Below, piece by piece: positions 8,887 through 18,812 of a stretch of 58,572 bases of DNA. Numbering within the stretch: the stretch's first letter is position 1; every line of letters begins with the position of its first letter. This DNA comes from an uncultured Rhodospirillaceae bacterium. GTDB taxonomy: Bacteria; Pseudomonadota; Alphaproteobacteria; SP197. Both the position numbers and the translations under genes were made by a program. Where the stretch lies: the NCBI GenBank assembly GCA_937880925.1, contig CALGGB010000278.1, forward strand, positions 1-58,572, written 5' to 3'. A model generated the notes under the pieces. That model searched no databases. It had not been told where the DNA came from and was given only the letters and a program-made list of their open reading frames with translations.

Positions 8887-10272
8887 ATGATCGATCGCGC
8901 ACGCAACAGGACCGCCGGTACCAGGGCCTGGAGCATGGCCGCACTGGTGCTCGTTCTGGCGATGGCCGGCTGCAAGTCCAGCGAGCGCGACTTCGAGGCT
9001 GCTCCCCCGCCCGTCGCCGAACCCGAGGCGCCGGCCGAACCCGCCTTCACCGAGGCACCCGAGGTGGAAACCGCGCCGCTTGCCGGCACCGACGAGGCCA
9101 ACTACGGCGAAGCCACGCAGTTTGCCCGGCGCATCGCTCTCATCCTGCCGCTTTCGGGCCAGTACAGCGGCGTCGGCAACAACCTGCTGGATGCCGCGAG
9201 CCTGGCGCTGTTCGACATCGGCGGCGATCGCATGGAGCTGATCGTGGCCGATACCAAGGGCACGCCCGAGGGTGCCGCGACAGCCGTGCGTCAGGCGCTG
9301 GCGGGCGCACCGGACCTCATCGTGGGCCCGCTTTTTGCCCAGGAGGTCACCGCCGCCTCGCCGATCGCCGAGCAGGCCGGCATTCCCATGATCGCGCTGT
9401 CTTCGGACCTGACGGTTGCCCGTCCCGGCGTCTATCTGCTGGGCATCGCACCCGAACAGCAGATCGAACGGGTCGTCTCCCACGCCGCCCAGCAGGGCTA
9501 CCTGCGCTTTGCCGTGCTGGCACCCCAGAACGCCTTCGGCCGTCGCATGGCGGGCGCCATGGAACAGGCCGTGGCGCAGAGCGGCGGCCAGGTGGTGCAG
9601 CGCGCCTTCTACAACCCCGACGGCCTGGGTATCGAGGAGACCGTGCGCGAGCTGACCCGCTACAAGGCGCGCCAGGCCGATCTGGAGGCCCAGATCGCCG
9701 AACTGCGGCTGCGCGGCGACGAGGTCTCGCTGGCCACCATCGCCCGCCTGGAAGAGATGGAGGCAGCCGGTACGGTATCCTTCGATGCCCTGCTGATCCC
9801 CGAATCCGGTTCCCTGCTGCGCGAGCTATCGGCATGGCTGGGTTACTACGACGTCAATCCCAACGAGGTCCGCCTGCTGGGTCTGGCCAACTGGAACGAC
9901 CCCAGCCTGCTGCGCGAACCCGTGCTGCGCGGCGCCTGGTATGCCATGACGCCCCAGGACCGCATGGCCTGGTTCAACAGCCGCTTCGAGGCCGCCTACG
10001 GCACCACGCCGCCGCCGGTTGCCGCACTCGCCTATGACGCCATGGCCCTGGCCGCGGGCCTGGCGCGCAATACCGAACAGGGCGAATTCAGCCAGGCCGC
10101 CGTCACCGACTGGCGCGGTTTCTCCGGCATCGAGGGCGTTTTCCGCTTCCAGGCCGACGGCGAGCCCGAACGTGGCATGGTGGTGATGGAGATCCAGCCC
10201 GGCGGCGCCGTGGTCGCCGATCCAGCGCCGACCTCGTTCCGCCCGCCCGCCGTGTCGATGCTGGTCGACTAG
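8887..10272 (+). CDS. Penicillin-binding protein activator (LpoA-like lipoprotein)
   Basis: Lipobox LAMAGC; IALILPLSG, DTKGTPEGA, IVGPLFA, AALAYDA, GIEGVFRF; divergent from yraN. Confidence 0.85.
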   Translation: MIDRARNRTAGTRAWSMAALVLVLAMAGCKSSERDFEAAPPPVAEPEAPAEPAFTEAPEVETAPLAGTDEANYGEATQFARRIALILPLSGQYSGVGNNLLDAASLALFDIGGDRMELIVADTKGTPEGAATAVRQALAGAPDLIVGPLFAQEVTAASPIAEQAGIPMIALSSDLTVARPGVYLLGIAPEQQIERVVSHAAQQGYLRFAVLAPQNAFGRRMAGAMEQAVAQSGGQVVQRAFYNPDGLGIEETVRELTRYKARQADLEAQIAELRLRGDEVSLATIARLEEMEAAGTVSFDALLIPESGSLLRELSAWLGYYDVNPNEVRLLGLANWNDPSLLREPVLRGAWYAMTPQDRMAWFNSRFEAAYGTTPPPVAALAYDAMALAAGLARNTEQGEFSQAAVTDWRGFSGIEGVFRFQADGEPERGMVVMEIQPGGAVVADPAPTSFRPPAVSMLVD

Positions 10273-10408
10273 AGCAAATCATCCTTCAGCGGAATCGCTT
10301 CGCGACTGCGCGGAAGGATGTGAATTTGCTCTGTCTTGTAAATGTAGAGCGGATTCACACGACTACCCGGGGCCGCCATGCGGTTCCGGGTAGTCGTGAT
10401 CCGCTCTA
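10270..10408. repeat. TAGAGC...GCTCTA two-arm palindromic intergenic repeat (CIR/RIME-like)
   Basis: Two inverted hairpin arms, each with a 3-nt TGA/TCA bulge, GANTC sites; ends supply the TAG stops of the lpoA-like gene and hemW. Confidence 0.9.
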
Positions 10409-11593
10409 GGCCAGGATCCGTTCCAGCACGCCGTTGAGCACCTGGCGGCCCGATGCGGTTGCGCGCAGGCGGCCGGGTTCGCGTTTGAGCAGGCCGCCTG
10501 CAATCAGCGGCGCCAGCCGTTCGGCCGGGAGAAGGGCATCGATGCCGCGGCCCGTGGCGCGTTGGACATCGGCGTCGCGCAGCCCCTCGACCAGGCGCAT
10601 GCCCATCATCAGCACTTCGGCGACACGATCCTCGCCCGCGACCTCCATGGTCTCGGCCGTGGCGTGGCCCCGGGCCTCGACGCCGGCGAGCCAGGTCTCG
10701 GGGGCCTTTTCCTGGCGCCGCGCGATGCTGAGACCGCCCGCTGCGTTGAGCCGGCCGTGGGCGCCGGGGCCGATGCCGACCCATTCGCCCGAACGCCAGT
10801 AGAGGATGTTGTGGCGGCTTTCCTGCCCAGGCCGGGCGTGGTTGGAAACCTCGTAGGCAGGCAGGCCGGCAGCCTCCGTCATCGCCTGGGTCGCCTCGTA
10901 CATCGCGGCCTGATCGTCCTCGCAGGGCACCACCAGTTCGCCCCGGCGATGGAGCGTGTGGAAGGCGGTGCCGGGTTCTATGGTGAGCTGGTAGAGCGAG
11001 AGATGGTCCGTGCCGAAAGCCAGTGCGCGGGCGAGTTCGGCCTCCCAGTCCGCCGGGCTCTGGCCGGGTCGGGCATAGATGAGGTCGAAGGACATGCGCG
11101 GGAAGTGTTCGCGCGCGATGGCGATGGCGGCCAGCGCCTCGGCGCGGTCGTGGCGGCGGCCCAGCGCTTTCAGGTCAGCATCGTCGAGCGCCTGCACGCC
11201 CAGCGAGACGCGCCCCACCCCTGCCGCGCGGTAACCCGCGAAACGGCCGGCCTCGACGCTGCCGGGGTTGGCCTCCAGCGTCACCTCGACATCGCCTGCC
11301 ACAGGCCATCGCGCCGCGATGGCATCCAGCGCGGCGCCGACGGTCGCGGGGTCCATCAGCGAAGGCGTGCCGCCGCCAAAGAAGATGCTGGTGACCGTGC
11401 GCCCCGGCGCCGCTTGCGCCATGTGGGCGATCTCGGCGGTCATCGCGGCGCGCCAGCGGGTCTCGTCGATGGTCTCGCGGACGTGGCTGTTGAAGTCGCA
11501 ATAGGGGCACTTGGACTGGCAGAACGGCCAGTGGACATAGACCCCGAAGCCGGGATCGGACTCGGCATCAGCCATGGAGGGAGCGGGGTTCAC
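10406..11593 (-). CDS. hemW: Radical SAM heme chaperone HemW
   Basis: YVHWPFCQSKCPYCDFN, FGGGTPS, YEVSNHA, HNILYW; next to rdgB. Confidence 0.93.
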   Translation of the reverse strand: MNPAPSMADAESDPGFGVYVHWPFCQSKCPYCDFNSHVRETIDETRWRAAMTAEIAHMAQAAPGRTVTSIFFGGGTPSLMDPATVGAALDAIAARWPVAGDVEVTLEANPGSVEAGRFAGYRAAGVGRVSLGVQALDDADLKALGRRHDRAEALAAIAIAREHFPRMSFDLIYARPGQSPADWEAELARALAFGTDHLSLYQLTIEPGTAFHTLHRRGELVVPCEDDQAAMYEATQAMTEAAGLPAYEVSNHARPGQESRHNILYWRSGEWVGIGPGAHGRLNAAGGLSIARRQEKAPETWLAGVEARGHATAETMEVAGEDRVAEVLMMGMRLVEGLRDADVQRATGRGIDALLPAERLAPLIAGGLLKREPGRLRATASGRQVLNGVLERILA

Positions 11594-11595
11594 CG

Positions 11596-12198
11596 TCAGT
11601 GAAAGTCCGCAGCGCCCAGCAGGCGGGCGAAGGCGCGGGCGCGGTGGTTGCGCGCCTTCTTTTCGGCAGGCGTCATCTCGCCGAAGCTGCGCGTCTCGTC
11701 CTCGGGCACGAAGATCGGGTCGTAGCCGAAGCCGTTGGAACCGCGTGGGGGAAACTCCAGGTGGCCGTCGACGCGGCCCTCGAAGACCCGCTCGCTGCCA
11801 TCGGGCCAGGCCAGCGCCAGGACGCAGTGGAAGCTGGCCGAACGGTCCGGATCGTCGCCCAACGCCTCCTCCACCTTCTTCATGGCCGCCCGGAAGTCGC
11901 GCTCGGGCCCGGCCCAGCGCGCCGAATGGATGCCGGGCTTGCCGCCCAGCGCCGTGACCGACAGGCCGGAATCATCGGCAAGCGCGGGCAGGCCGGCGCC
12001 CTGTGCCGAGGCATGGGCCTTCAGCAGGGCATTGGCGACATAGGTGTCACCGGTCTCCTCGGGCTCGGGCAGGCCGAGCGCGCCGGCGCCCACGACCTCG
12101 ACGCCCAGCGGGCCGAGCAGCTCCTCCAGCTCCACCAGCTTGCCCGCGTTGTGGCTGGCAAGGACCAGGCGCGGCGGCAGGGTGAGCCGGCCGCTCAC
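11596..12198 (-). CDS. rdgB: dITP/XTP pyrophosphatase
   Basis: GTG at 12198 (GTGA overlap); [28 protein letters not shown]. Confidence 0.95.
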   Translation of the reverse strand: MSGRLTLPPRLVLASHNAGKLVELEELLGPLGVEVVGAGALGLPEPEETGDTYVANALLKAHASAQGAGLPALADDSGLSVTALGGKPGIHSARWAGPERDFRAAMKKVEEALGDDPDRSASFHCVLALAWPDGSERVFEGRVDGHLEFPPRGSNGFGYDPIFVPEDETRSFGEMTPAEKKARNHRARAFARLLGAADFH

Positions 12199-12914
12199 GA
12201 GGCGAGCGCCGCCTTCTGCGCGGTGACCAGCTCGCCGATACCCTTGGCGGCAAGGTCGATCAGCGTGTCGAGCGCGGTGCGGTCGAAGGTCGCGCCTTCG
12301 GCGGTCGCCTGGACCTCGACCAGCAGGCCCTTGCCGGTCATGACGAAGTTGGCATCGGCATGGGCGTTGGAATCCTCGGCATAGTCGAGGTCGAGCACGG
12401 GAACGCCGTCGTAGATGCCGCAGGAGATCGCCGCGACATGGTCGGTCAGCGGCAGCGCCTTCAGCTCGCCCGCCGCGACCAGCTTGGCAAGAGCGGCGTG
12501 GAGCGCGACATAGGCGCCGGTGATCGAGGCGGTACGCGTGCCGCCGTCGGCCTGGATGACATCGCAGTCGACACGGATCTGGCGCTCGCCCAGGGCGACC
12601 AGGTCGGTGACGGCGCGCAGGCTGCGCCCGATCAGGCGCTGGATCTCCTGCGTGCGGCCCGACTGCTTGCCGCGCGCGGCCTCGCGGTCGGTGCGGGTGT
12701 TGGTCGAGCGCGGCAGCATGCCGTATTCGGCCGTCACCCAGCCGCGGCCTTCGCCGCGCAGCCATGGCGGCACGCGTTCCTCGATCGAGGCGGTGCACAG
12801 CACATGGGTATCGCCGAAGCGGGCCATGCAGGAACCCTCGGCGTGCTTGGAAAAGCCGGGGTCGAGGTGAATCCGGCGCAGCTCGTCGGCGGCGCGGCCG
12901 GAGGGACGGTTCAT
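12195..12914 (-). CDS. rph: Ribonuclease PH
   Basis: [48 protein letters not shown]. Confidence 0.97.
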   Translation of the reverse strand: MNRPSGRAADELRRIHLDPGFSKHAEGSCMARFGDTHVLCTASIEERVPPWLRGEGRGWVTAEYGMLPRSTNTRTDREAARGKQSGRTQEIQRLIGRSLRAVTDLVALGERQIRVDCDVIQADGGTRTASITGAYVALHAALAKLVAAGELKALPLTDHVAAISCGIYDGVPVLDLDYAEDSNAHADANFVMTGKGLLVEVQATAEGATFDRTALDTLIDLAAKGIGELVTAQKAALAS

Positions 12915-13008
12915 GGGGCTCTCTTCTGTCGCGGTGAATGGGGAGTCGCGTGGCGCGGAACCTAGTGCGGATCGCGGGCCGATGGAACCGCAACCGCCGA
13001 TGGCGCCC

Positions 13009-13037
13009 GTTGACCTTGACCGGGGCACCCCCTACAT
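13009..13037 (+). promoter_or_regulatory. Putative RpoH (sigma32) promoter of hrcA
   Basis: GTTGAC-N16-CCTACAT resembles the alphaproteobacterial RpoH consensus CTTG-N17-CCTATAT. Confidence 0.5.
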
Positions 13038-13108
13038 CACGGGTACCGGCTGCGACAGCAGAGCGCCCCGGTTGCTGCCAGCCCCGGCGCCGGAACGGGC
13101 CAGACACC

Positions 13109-14146
13109 ATGATCCAGGAGCTCAACGACCGCTCACGCGAAATCTTCCGCATCCTCGTCGACGAATACGTCACGACGGGGGAGCCGGTGGGTTCGCGCAC
13201 GATTTCGCGCCGCCTGCAGGGACCGCTCTCTGCCGCGTCCGTGCGCAATGTCATGGCCGATCTGGCCGAAATGGGCCTGCTTTCCTCGCCCCACGCCTCT
13301 GCCGGGCGCATTCCCACCGAGCCAGGCCTGCGCCTGTTCGTGGAATCCCTGCTCCAGGTCGGCGACCTTTCGCGCGAGGAGCGCGAAGCGATCGAGGGCG
13401 CCTGCGAGGGTGCCGGACGGACCTATGAGGAGGTGCTGGGCGCCGCCTCGGCCCTGCTTTCGGGCCTTTCCCAGCATGCCGGGGTGGTTGTGGCGCCCAA
13501 GCAGGAAGCGCCCTTCAAGCATGTCGAGTTTGTCTCGCTGGCCCCGGACCGGGCGCTGGTCATCGTCGTTCTGGAGTCGGGCGCGGTCGAGAACCGCGTG
13601 ATCGACCTGCCGCCGGGCATCACTCCGGCCATGCTGACGCGGGCGGGCAACTATCTCTCCGCGCGCCTTGCCGGGCGCACGCTGAACGAGGCCCATGGCG
13701 ACGTGAATCAGGAACTGACCCGCCACGAGGCCGAACTCGACGAGCTTTCCCAGCGCGTCGTCGAGGCCGGGCTCGCCACCTGGTCGGGCGACGGCGAGGG
13801 GCCGGCGACGCTGATCGTGCGCGGCCAGGCCAACCTGCTCAACGATGTGCGCGCGCTCACAGACATCGAGCGGATTCGCGACCTGTTCGAAAAGCTCGAT
13901 CAGAACCGCCACATGATGCGCCTGCTGGAGTTGACCCACGACGCGGCCGGCGTCTCCATCTTCATCGGCGCCGATAATTCCATGTTCCAGCTTTCGGGCT
14001 GTTCGACCATCGTCGCCCCGGTTTCCGACCAGGGCGGCCGCTTCATCGGGGCGCTGGGGGTGATCGGGCCGACGCGCATGAACTATGCCCGCATCATTCC
14101 GATGGTCGACTACACCTCCAAGGTGGTCAGCCGATTGCTGGGATAA
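13109..14146 (+). CDS. hrcA: Heat-inducible transcription repressor HrcA
   Basis: [39 protein letters not shown]. Confidence 0.97.
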   Translation: MIQELNDRSREIFRILVDEYVTTGEPVGSRTISRRLQGPLSAASVRNVMADLAEMGLLSSPHASAGRIPTEPGLRLFVESLLQVGDLSREEREAIEGACEGAGRTYEEVLGAASALLSGLSQHAGVVVAPKQEAPFKHVEFVSLAPDRALVIVVLESGAVENRVIDLPPGITPAMLTRAGNYLSARLAGRTLNEAHGDVNQELTRHEAELDELSQRVVEAGLATWSGDGEGPATLIVRGQANLLNDVRALTDIERIRDLFEKLDQNRHMMRLLELTHDAAGVSIFIGADNSMFQLSGCSTIVAPVSDQGGRFIGALGVIGPTRMNYARIIPMVDYTSKVVSRLLG

Positions 14147-14148
14147 CG

Positions 14149-14177
14149 CTTTGATCGCGCCCTCACCCACCCCATCT
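14149..14177 (+). promoter_or_regulatory. Putative RpoH promoter of grpE
   Basis: CTTTGAT...CCCCATCT resembles the sigma32 -35/-10 elements. Confidence 0.5.
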
Positions 14178-14224
14178 GTGAGCCCGAACCCTTCAAAGAC
14201 AACACCGCCGTTGCGTTGCGAGAG

Positions 14225-14848
14225 ATGACCATGAACGATCAGGAAAAGCCCGGCAGGGACGACGAAAACACCCGCAAATTCCCCGAGGCCGCCAACGACG
14301 AAGGCCGCGATCCCGCGTCCGATGCGACGCTGGATGCCCTGGCCGAGGCGCTTTCGGGCGAGGCTGCCGCCAGCCCGCGCATTGCCGAACTGGAAGGCCA
14401 GGTCGACGACCTGACCGACCGCCTGCTGCGCGCGGCCGCCGAGACCGAGAACGTGCGCCGCCGCTCCGAGAAGGAGCGCGACGACCTGCGCAAGTACGCC
14501 GTGCAGAAGTTCGCCGAGGACATGCTGGCCGTGGCCGACAACCTGAAGCGCGCGCTGGACGCGATCCCCGCGGAGGGCCGCGAGGATGCCGCGGTCAAGG
14601 CGCTGGTCGAAGGCGTCGAGCTGACGGGCCGGGAGCTTTCCGGCGCCATGGAGCGCCACGGCATCCAGCGCATCGAGGCGGCCGACCAGCGCTTCGATCC
14701 CAATCTGCACCAGGCCGTGTTTGAGGTCGAAACCGCCGATGCCGCCCCCGGCACCGTCGTCCAGGTCCTGCGCGACGGCTACACCATCCACGGCCGCCTG
14801 CTGCGCGCCGCCATGGTCGGCGTCGCCAAGGCGCCCGCCGCAGGATAG
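14225..14848 (+). CDS. grpE: Nucleotide exchange factor GrpE
   Basis: LRAAAETENVRRR, FDPNLHQAV, GYTIHGRLLRAAMVGV; start 14225 or 14231. Confidence 0.97.
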   Translation: MTMNDQEKPGRDDENTRKFPEAANDEGRDPASDATLDALAEALSGEAAASPRIAELEGQVDDLTDRLLRAAAETENVRRRSEKERDDLRKYAVQKFAEDMLAVADNLKRALDAIPAEGREDAAVKALVEGVELTGRELSGAMERHGIQRIEAADQRFDPNLHQAVFEVETADAAPGTVVQVLRDGYTIHGRLLRAAMVGVAKAPAAG

Positions 14849-14898
14849 CCATCCGCAGGAAGGTCCGCGGCCTGCGCCCGGCTCAACGCTCCGCAGGC

Positions 14899-14935
14899 AA
14901 AGAAAAAGCCGCCGCGCTGGGGGGCGCGGCGGCTT
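14899..14935 (-). terminator. Rho-independent terminator of the PRC-barrel gene
   Basis: 12-bp stem AAGCCGCCGCGC/GCGCGGCGGCTT followed by TTTCTTT on the minus strand. Confidence 0.8.
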
Positions 14936-14986
14936 CGGGGTGATGTCAGGCCGGGGGAGGCCCGACATCCGGGGTCGGGGCGAGGA

Positions 14987-15670
14987 TCAGCTGTTGGTGT
15001 CGAAGTAGGTGCGGTTGTTCTCGATCCAGTTGGGGTCGTTGAGCGAGGTCATGTCGTCGCGCTCGAAACGGGGGGCCGCCTCGAAGGCATCCTCGGAGAT
15101 GTCGATGACCAGGACGTCGCGGTCCTGCGTGAGGCGCAGCGAGGACAGCGGCACGGCCACCTGCTCCTCGCCGATACCCAGGAAACCGCCATAGGCGACG
15201 ATGGCGTAGGACTGGCCGGCGTCGTTGGTCGCCAGGACCACGTCGTCGACCTCACCCAGGTCCTCGTCCTGAAGGTTGCGGATATCGCGCCCGATCAGCT
15301 CGTCGGCGCGGAGCACGCCCTGCAGTTCGGCCACGCCCACCGCGGCGGCGAGACGCTCCTTGCGCGATTCCTCGCTCTCGGCCTCAGCGGCGGCCTCGAC
15401 CTCATCGTGACGCTCCTTGGCGATGTCCTCCATGGCCTCGATCACATCGTCGCAGGCGTCCTCCTGCCCGTTGCGCTGCAGGATCATGGCGGCGTTGCGC
15501 AGATCGCGCAGATCACGCTGGGCGGTGGTATCCAGGCTGGCGCGGATTTCCGGATTGTCGCGCAGCCAGGCGTCGTTGTCGCTCAGCGCACCGGTGCAAT
15601 CGTCGGCCATCGCGGGCAGGGCAAGGCACATGGTGGCCGTGGCGGCCAGAGCAGCGGTGCGGATCTTCAT
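14987..15670 (-). CDS. Secreted PRC-barrel domain protein
   Basis: Signal peptide (LALPAMA), RADELIG...GEVDDVV...YGGFLGIGEEQVAVP PRC motif; GGAG SD. Confidence 0.87.
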   Translation of the reverse strand: MKIRTAALAATATMCLALPAMADDCTGALSDNDAWLRDNPEIRASLDTTAQRDLRDLRNAAMILQRNGQEDACDDVIEAMEDIAKERHDEVEAAAEAESEESRKERLAAAVGVAELQGVLRADELIGRDIRNLQDEDLGEVDDVVLATNDAGQSYAIVAYGGFLGIGEEQVAVPLSSLRLTQDRDVLVIDISEDAFEAAPRFERDDMTSLNDPNWIENNRTYFDTNS

Positions 15671-15746
15671 GGTTGTTCTCCCGATCATTCTGGTTGGGCT
15701 TGCCCGTTGCGCCGCCGGGTACCAGGGCGCGGGCGTCCATACCTTC

Positions 15747-15771
15747 AACATCCCGGGAGAGGTTACGTTCC
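15747..15771 (-). promoter_or_regulatory. EcfG (general stress ECF sigma)-type promoter of the PRC-barrel gene
   Basis: GGAAC-N17-GTT on the minus strand, ~77 bp upstream of the ATG. Confidence 0.6.
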
Positions 15772-17163
15772 CTTCTGCCCTGCTCCGCCGGCAGGCAGGC
15801 TAACCCGGGCCAGCAGACCGCCGCCCGGGCGGTCCGCCAGAACGACATCGCCGCCATGGGCGCGCAGGATCGAGCGGGCCACGCCCAGGCCCAGGCCGGT
15901 GCCGCCCGTCGCCCGGTTGCGCGAGGGGTCGCCGCGCATGAAGGGGCGGAACATGGCTTCGCGCTGCTCCTGCGGAATGCCGGGGCCACGGTCGGCAATG
16001 GTGATCAACGCGCCATCGTCCTCCATGCCCAGGGTGATATCGGCGCTGCCGCCGTAGCGGATGGCATTGTCGATCAGGTTGGAGAGCGCCCGGCGCAGCG
16101 CGACCGGGCGGCACAGCAGAACCAGCCGTTCGGGCCCGTCACAGGTGACCGCCCCGCCGGCGTCCGACAGGTCATCGACCAGGCTGCGGACCAGGGCGGC
16201 CAGATCGACCTTCTGATGCGGCTCCCTGCTGGTCTGGCCGCGTGCGGCATCGAGCGATTCCTTCAGCATCACCTCCATGTCGGAAAGATCCTCCAGGGCC
16301 TTGGCGCGCTGGACCTCATCGCCAATGTCCTCGGCGCGCAGGCGCAGGCGGGTGATCACCGTGCGCAGGTCATGGGAGAGCGCGGCCAGCATCAGCGAGC
16401 GGTCGTCGACCATGCCGCGCAGGCGTTCCTGCATGGTGTTGAAGGCCGCCGTCGCCTTGCGCACCTCGCGCGAGCCGGTCTCGGGCAGGGGCGGTGCGTC
16501 GAGATCGCGCGACAGCCGGTCTGCCGCCTCGCCCAGGGTGCGCAGGGGCCGGGTCATGCGCGCGGCCACGACCATGGCGACCGCCACGATGGCCAGCACG
16601 AACAGCGCCAGGGTCACGATGGCGAAGGTGCCCGGCGGTGTCGCCAGGGGACGCGCCGGTGCGGCGACCACGACCCAGTGGCCGTCCTGCAGCGGCAGCG
16701 CAATGACCAGGGTGTAGAAGCCGTGCCGCCATTCGTCCGGGCGCAGCGGGCGTGGCCCCTCGGCCGGGTCAAACGGCGGCGGCTGGCCGGGCACCGCGCG
16801 TACGAAAACATCCGCCCCCAGCGCGGCGGGCGCGGCAGCCAGCGCCGCCGCCTCGATGCCGTCGCCATGGGACCAGCCCGGGCCCCCGCCCCGGGGCGGC
16901 CGGGATGCCAGCCAGACACGGAAGACAGGATCGAGGAAGCGGGCGAGCACGGTCTCGCGACTGGCCGGATCGGCGGCATCAAGCGTCTTGGCGAGGCTCG
17001 CTGCGCGGTCCATGACCGAGCGGGCAAAGGATTCCTGTGCGGCGTTCTCGCGGTCGCGGGACGTGACAATGGCACCCGCGCCGATCACGGCGGTCAGTGT
17101 CGCCAGCACCAGCAGCACGACACCGGCGGTATTGCCCCAGCCGTGGCGCAGCAAGCGCCTCAT
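15763..17163 (-). CDS. HAMP-domain sensor histidine kinase (CpxA/EnvZ-like)
   Basis: Two TM segments, HAMP, ALSHDLRT H-box, NLIDNAIRY, DRGPGI, GTGLGL. Confidence 0.93.
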   Translation of the reverse strand: MRRLLRHGWGNTAGVVLLVLATLTAVIGAGAIVTSRDRENAAQESFARSVMDRAASLAKTLDAADPASRETVLARFLDPVFRVWLASRPPRGGGPGWSHGDGIEAAALAAAPAALGADVFVRAVPGQPPPFDPAEGPRPLRPDEWRHGFYTLVIALPLQDGHWVVVAAPARPLATPPGTFAIVTLALFVLAIVAVAMVVAARMTRPLRTLGEAADRLSRDLDAPPLPETGSREVRKATAAFNTMQERLRGMVDDRSLMLAALSHDLRTVITRLRLRAEDIGDEVQRAKALEDLSDMEVMLKESLDAARGQTSREPHQKVDLAALVRSLVDDLSDAGGAVTCDGPERLVLLCRPVALRRALSNLIDNAIRYGGSADITLGMEDDGALITIADRGPGIPQEQREAMFRPFMRGDPSRNRATGGTGLGLGVARSILRAHGGDVVLADRPGGGLLARVSLPAGGAGQKGT

Positions 17164-17876
17164 CCGCGGGCGACCTCGGGCGTGAACTGGTAGCCGCCGC
17201 CGCGCACGGTCTTGATGATCTGCGGTTCCTTCGGGTCGGGCTCGATCTTGCGCCGCAGGCGCGAAAGCTGGACGTCGATGCTGCGGTCGAAAGGCTGCGC
17301 CATGCGCCCCTTGGTGAAGGTGAGGAGCTGGTCGCGGTCGAGCACACGGCGGGGGTGCTCCAGGAAGGCGACCAGCAGGTCAAACTCGCCCGCGGTCAGG
17401 CTGACCAGCGCACCCTCGGGATCAAGCAGCTCGCGGCGCGCGACATCCAGGCGCCAGCCCGCGAACAGATAGAGCGTCACACCTTCGTCTTCCGGCAGGG
17501 CCTGGCCCGCGGCGCGGCGCAGCACAGCGCGGATACGCGCCAGCAGCTCGCGCGGGTTGAACGGCTTGGTGACGTAGTCGTCAGCACCCAGTTCCAGACC
17601 GACGATGCGGTCGGTGTCCTCGGCCAGTGCGGTCAGCATGATGACCGGCACCGTGGAGATCTGGCGCAGCTTGCGGCAGATCTCGAAGCCGCCCTCACCG
17701 GGCAGCATGAGATCAAGCACGACCAGGTCGACGTTCTCGTCGCGCACGGTGCGCAGGGCGCGCTCGCCGTCCGGCGCCGTCAGCGCGGTCATGCCATGTT
17801 TGCCCAGAAAACGCGCGAGCAGGTCGCGGATTTCGGGGTCGTCGTCAACGACCAGGATGGCGGGCATGGTGCTCAT
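17160..17876 (-). CDS. OmpR-family response regulator
   Basis: ILVVDDD, LDLMLPG, GADDYVTKPF, winged helix RSIDVQLSRLR...TVRGGGY. Confidence 0.95.
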   Translation of the reverse strand: MSTMPAILVVDDDPEIRDLLARFLGKHGMTALTAPDGERALRTVRDENVDLVVLDLMLPGEGGFEICRKLRQISTVPVIMLTALAEDTDRIVGLELGADDYVTKPFNPRELLARIRAVLRRAAGQALPEDEGVTLYLFAGWRLDVARRELLDPEGALVSLTAGEFDLLVAFLEHPRRVLDRDQLLTFTKGRMAQPFDRSIDVQLSRLRRKIEPDPKEPQIIKTVRGGGYQFTPEVARG

Positions 17877-17921
17877 GCTCCTGACATAGAGGCTCACAGT
17901 CGCGGGCGGGACAAGAATCGG

Positions 17922-17985
17922 GTTACGGCGCGTAACAACCCCGTCCCCACCCGGCGCACCGTTACAAACGGTTACCAAACGATAC
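17922..17985. promoter_or_regulatory. Tandem OmpR/CpxR-type half-sites
   Basis: GTTAC/GTAAC at 17922 and 17932; GTTAC/GTTAC/GATAC at 17961, 17971 and 17981 (10-bp period) in the divergent promoter. Confidence 0.6.
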
Positions 17986-18078
17986 CCCTGGCGCAACGCC
18001 CCCGACACCGGGACGGCCCACATTCCTCATCAACGCCGCAGCCGACACCGGCGGCCATCAGACGAGGAGACCGACACC

Positions 18079-18543
18079 ATGAAGACCAGCAACAAGATCA
18101 TCCTGACCAGCGCCTTCGCCCTGGGCCTTGCCGGCGCCGCCGCCGGCGCCCTTGCCGACAACGGCAGCGAGCCGGACGAGGGCTTCGGCCGCATGGGCCA
18201 CATGTGCGAGCACCGCGACGAGACCCGCATCGACATGATGGAAGCCTACATGGAGAGCCGCCTGGAGCTGACCGAGGCGCAGATGCCGGCCTGGAACAAC
18301 GCCGTCGAGACCGTGCGCGACGCCATGGCCGCCAAGCAGGCCGCGTGCGATGCCGCAAAGGACCAGGGCCGCCCCGAAAATACCCTGGAGGCGCTCGATC
18401 GCGCCGAACAGCACATGGAAGCGGGCCTGGAGCAGGTGAAGGCGATCCGCGCCGCGGTCGGCGATCTCTACAACGTGCTCGACGCCGAGCAGCAGGCAAC
18501 CTTCGACAGCATGCTCAAGGACATGCGCCACATGCGTGGCTGA
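18079..18543 (+). CDS. Spy/CpxP family periplasmic protein (LTXXQ)
   Basis: Signal peptide; LELTEAQ and LYNVLDAEQQ motifs; GAGGAG SD; divergent from the RR/HK pair. Confidence 0.85.
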   Translation: MKTSNKIILTSAFALGLAGAAAGALADNGSEPDEGFGRMGHMCEHRDETRIDMMEAYMESRLELTEAQMPAWNNAVETVRDAMAAKQAACDAAKDQGRPENTLEALDRAEQHMEAGLEQVKAIRAAVGDLYNVLDAEQQATFDSMLKDMRHMRG

Positions 18544-18550
18544 TCCCGAC

Positions 18551-18788
18551 ATGCGCGGGTGACCCCAAGCGCCCGCGCATCGACCCGTCCGCCCGCGCCC
18601 TTCCAGCCCCTGGTCGCAGCGGCGGGCGGGTCCCTCCTGGGAAGGCCAGCCAGCCAGGCGCTCCGGCGCTACGCCAGCCCGGTCTTCCGATGCCCGGCGC
18701 CCCCGCGCCCCCCCAATGTGCCCCGGGGCCGGGTATCGCCTGCCGCCCGCCGTGGTTCGCCCGAGCCGCGGCGGGCGGTCCCGTTTCG
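18551..18788 (+). ncRNA. Candidate structured 3'-UTR RNA (five tandem hairpins, C-rich loops)
   Basis: Five adjacent stems whose outer-stem mismatches all read as G-U pairs on the + strand. Confidence 0.5.
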
Positions 18789-18812
18789 GAGCCTGGCAGC
18801 GCACGGCCGCGC

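Noticed and set aside
10269-10408. CRISPR or tRNA interpretation of the TAGAGC hairpins
   Set aside because: Copies are dispersed rather than arrayed with spacers, no cas genes are present, and there is no cloverleaf or T-loop motif.
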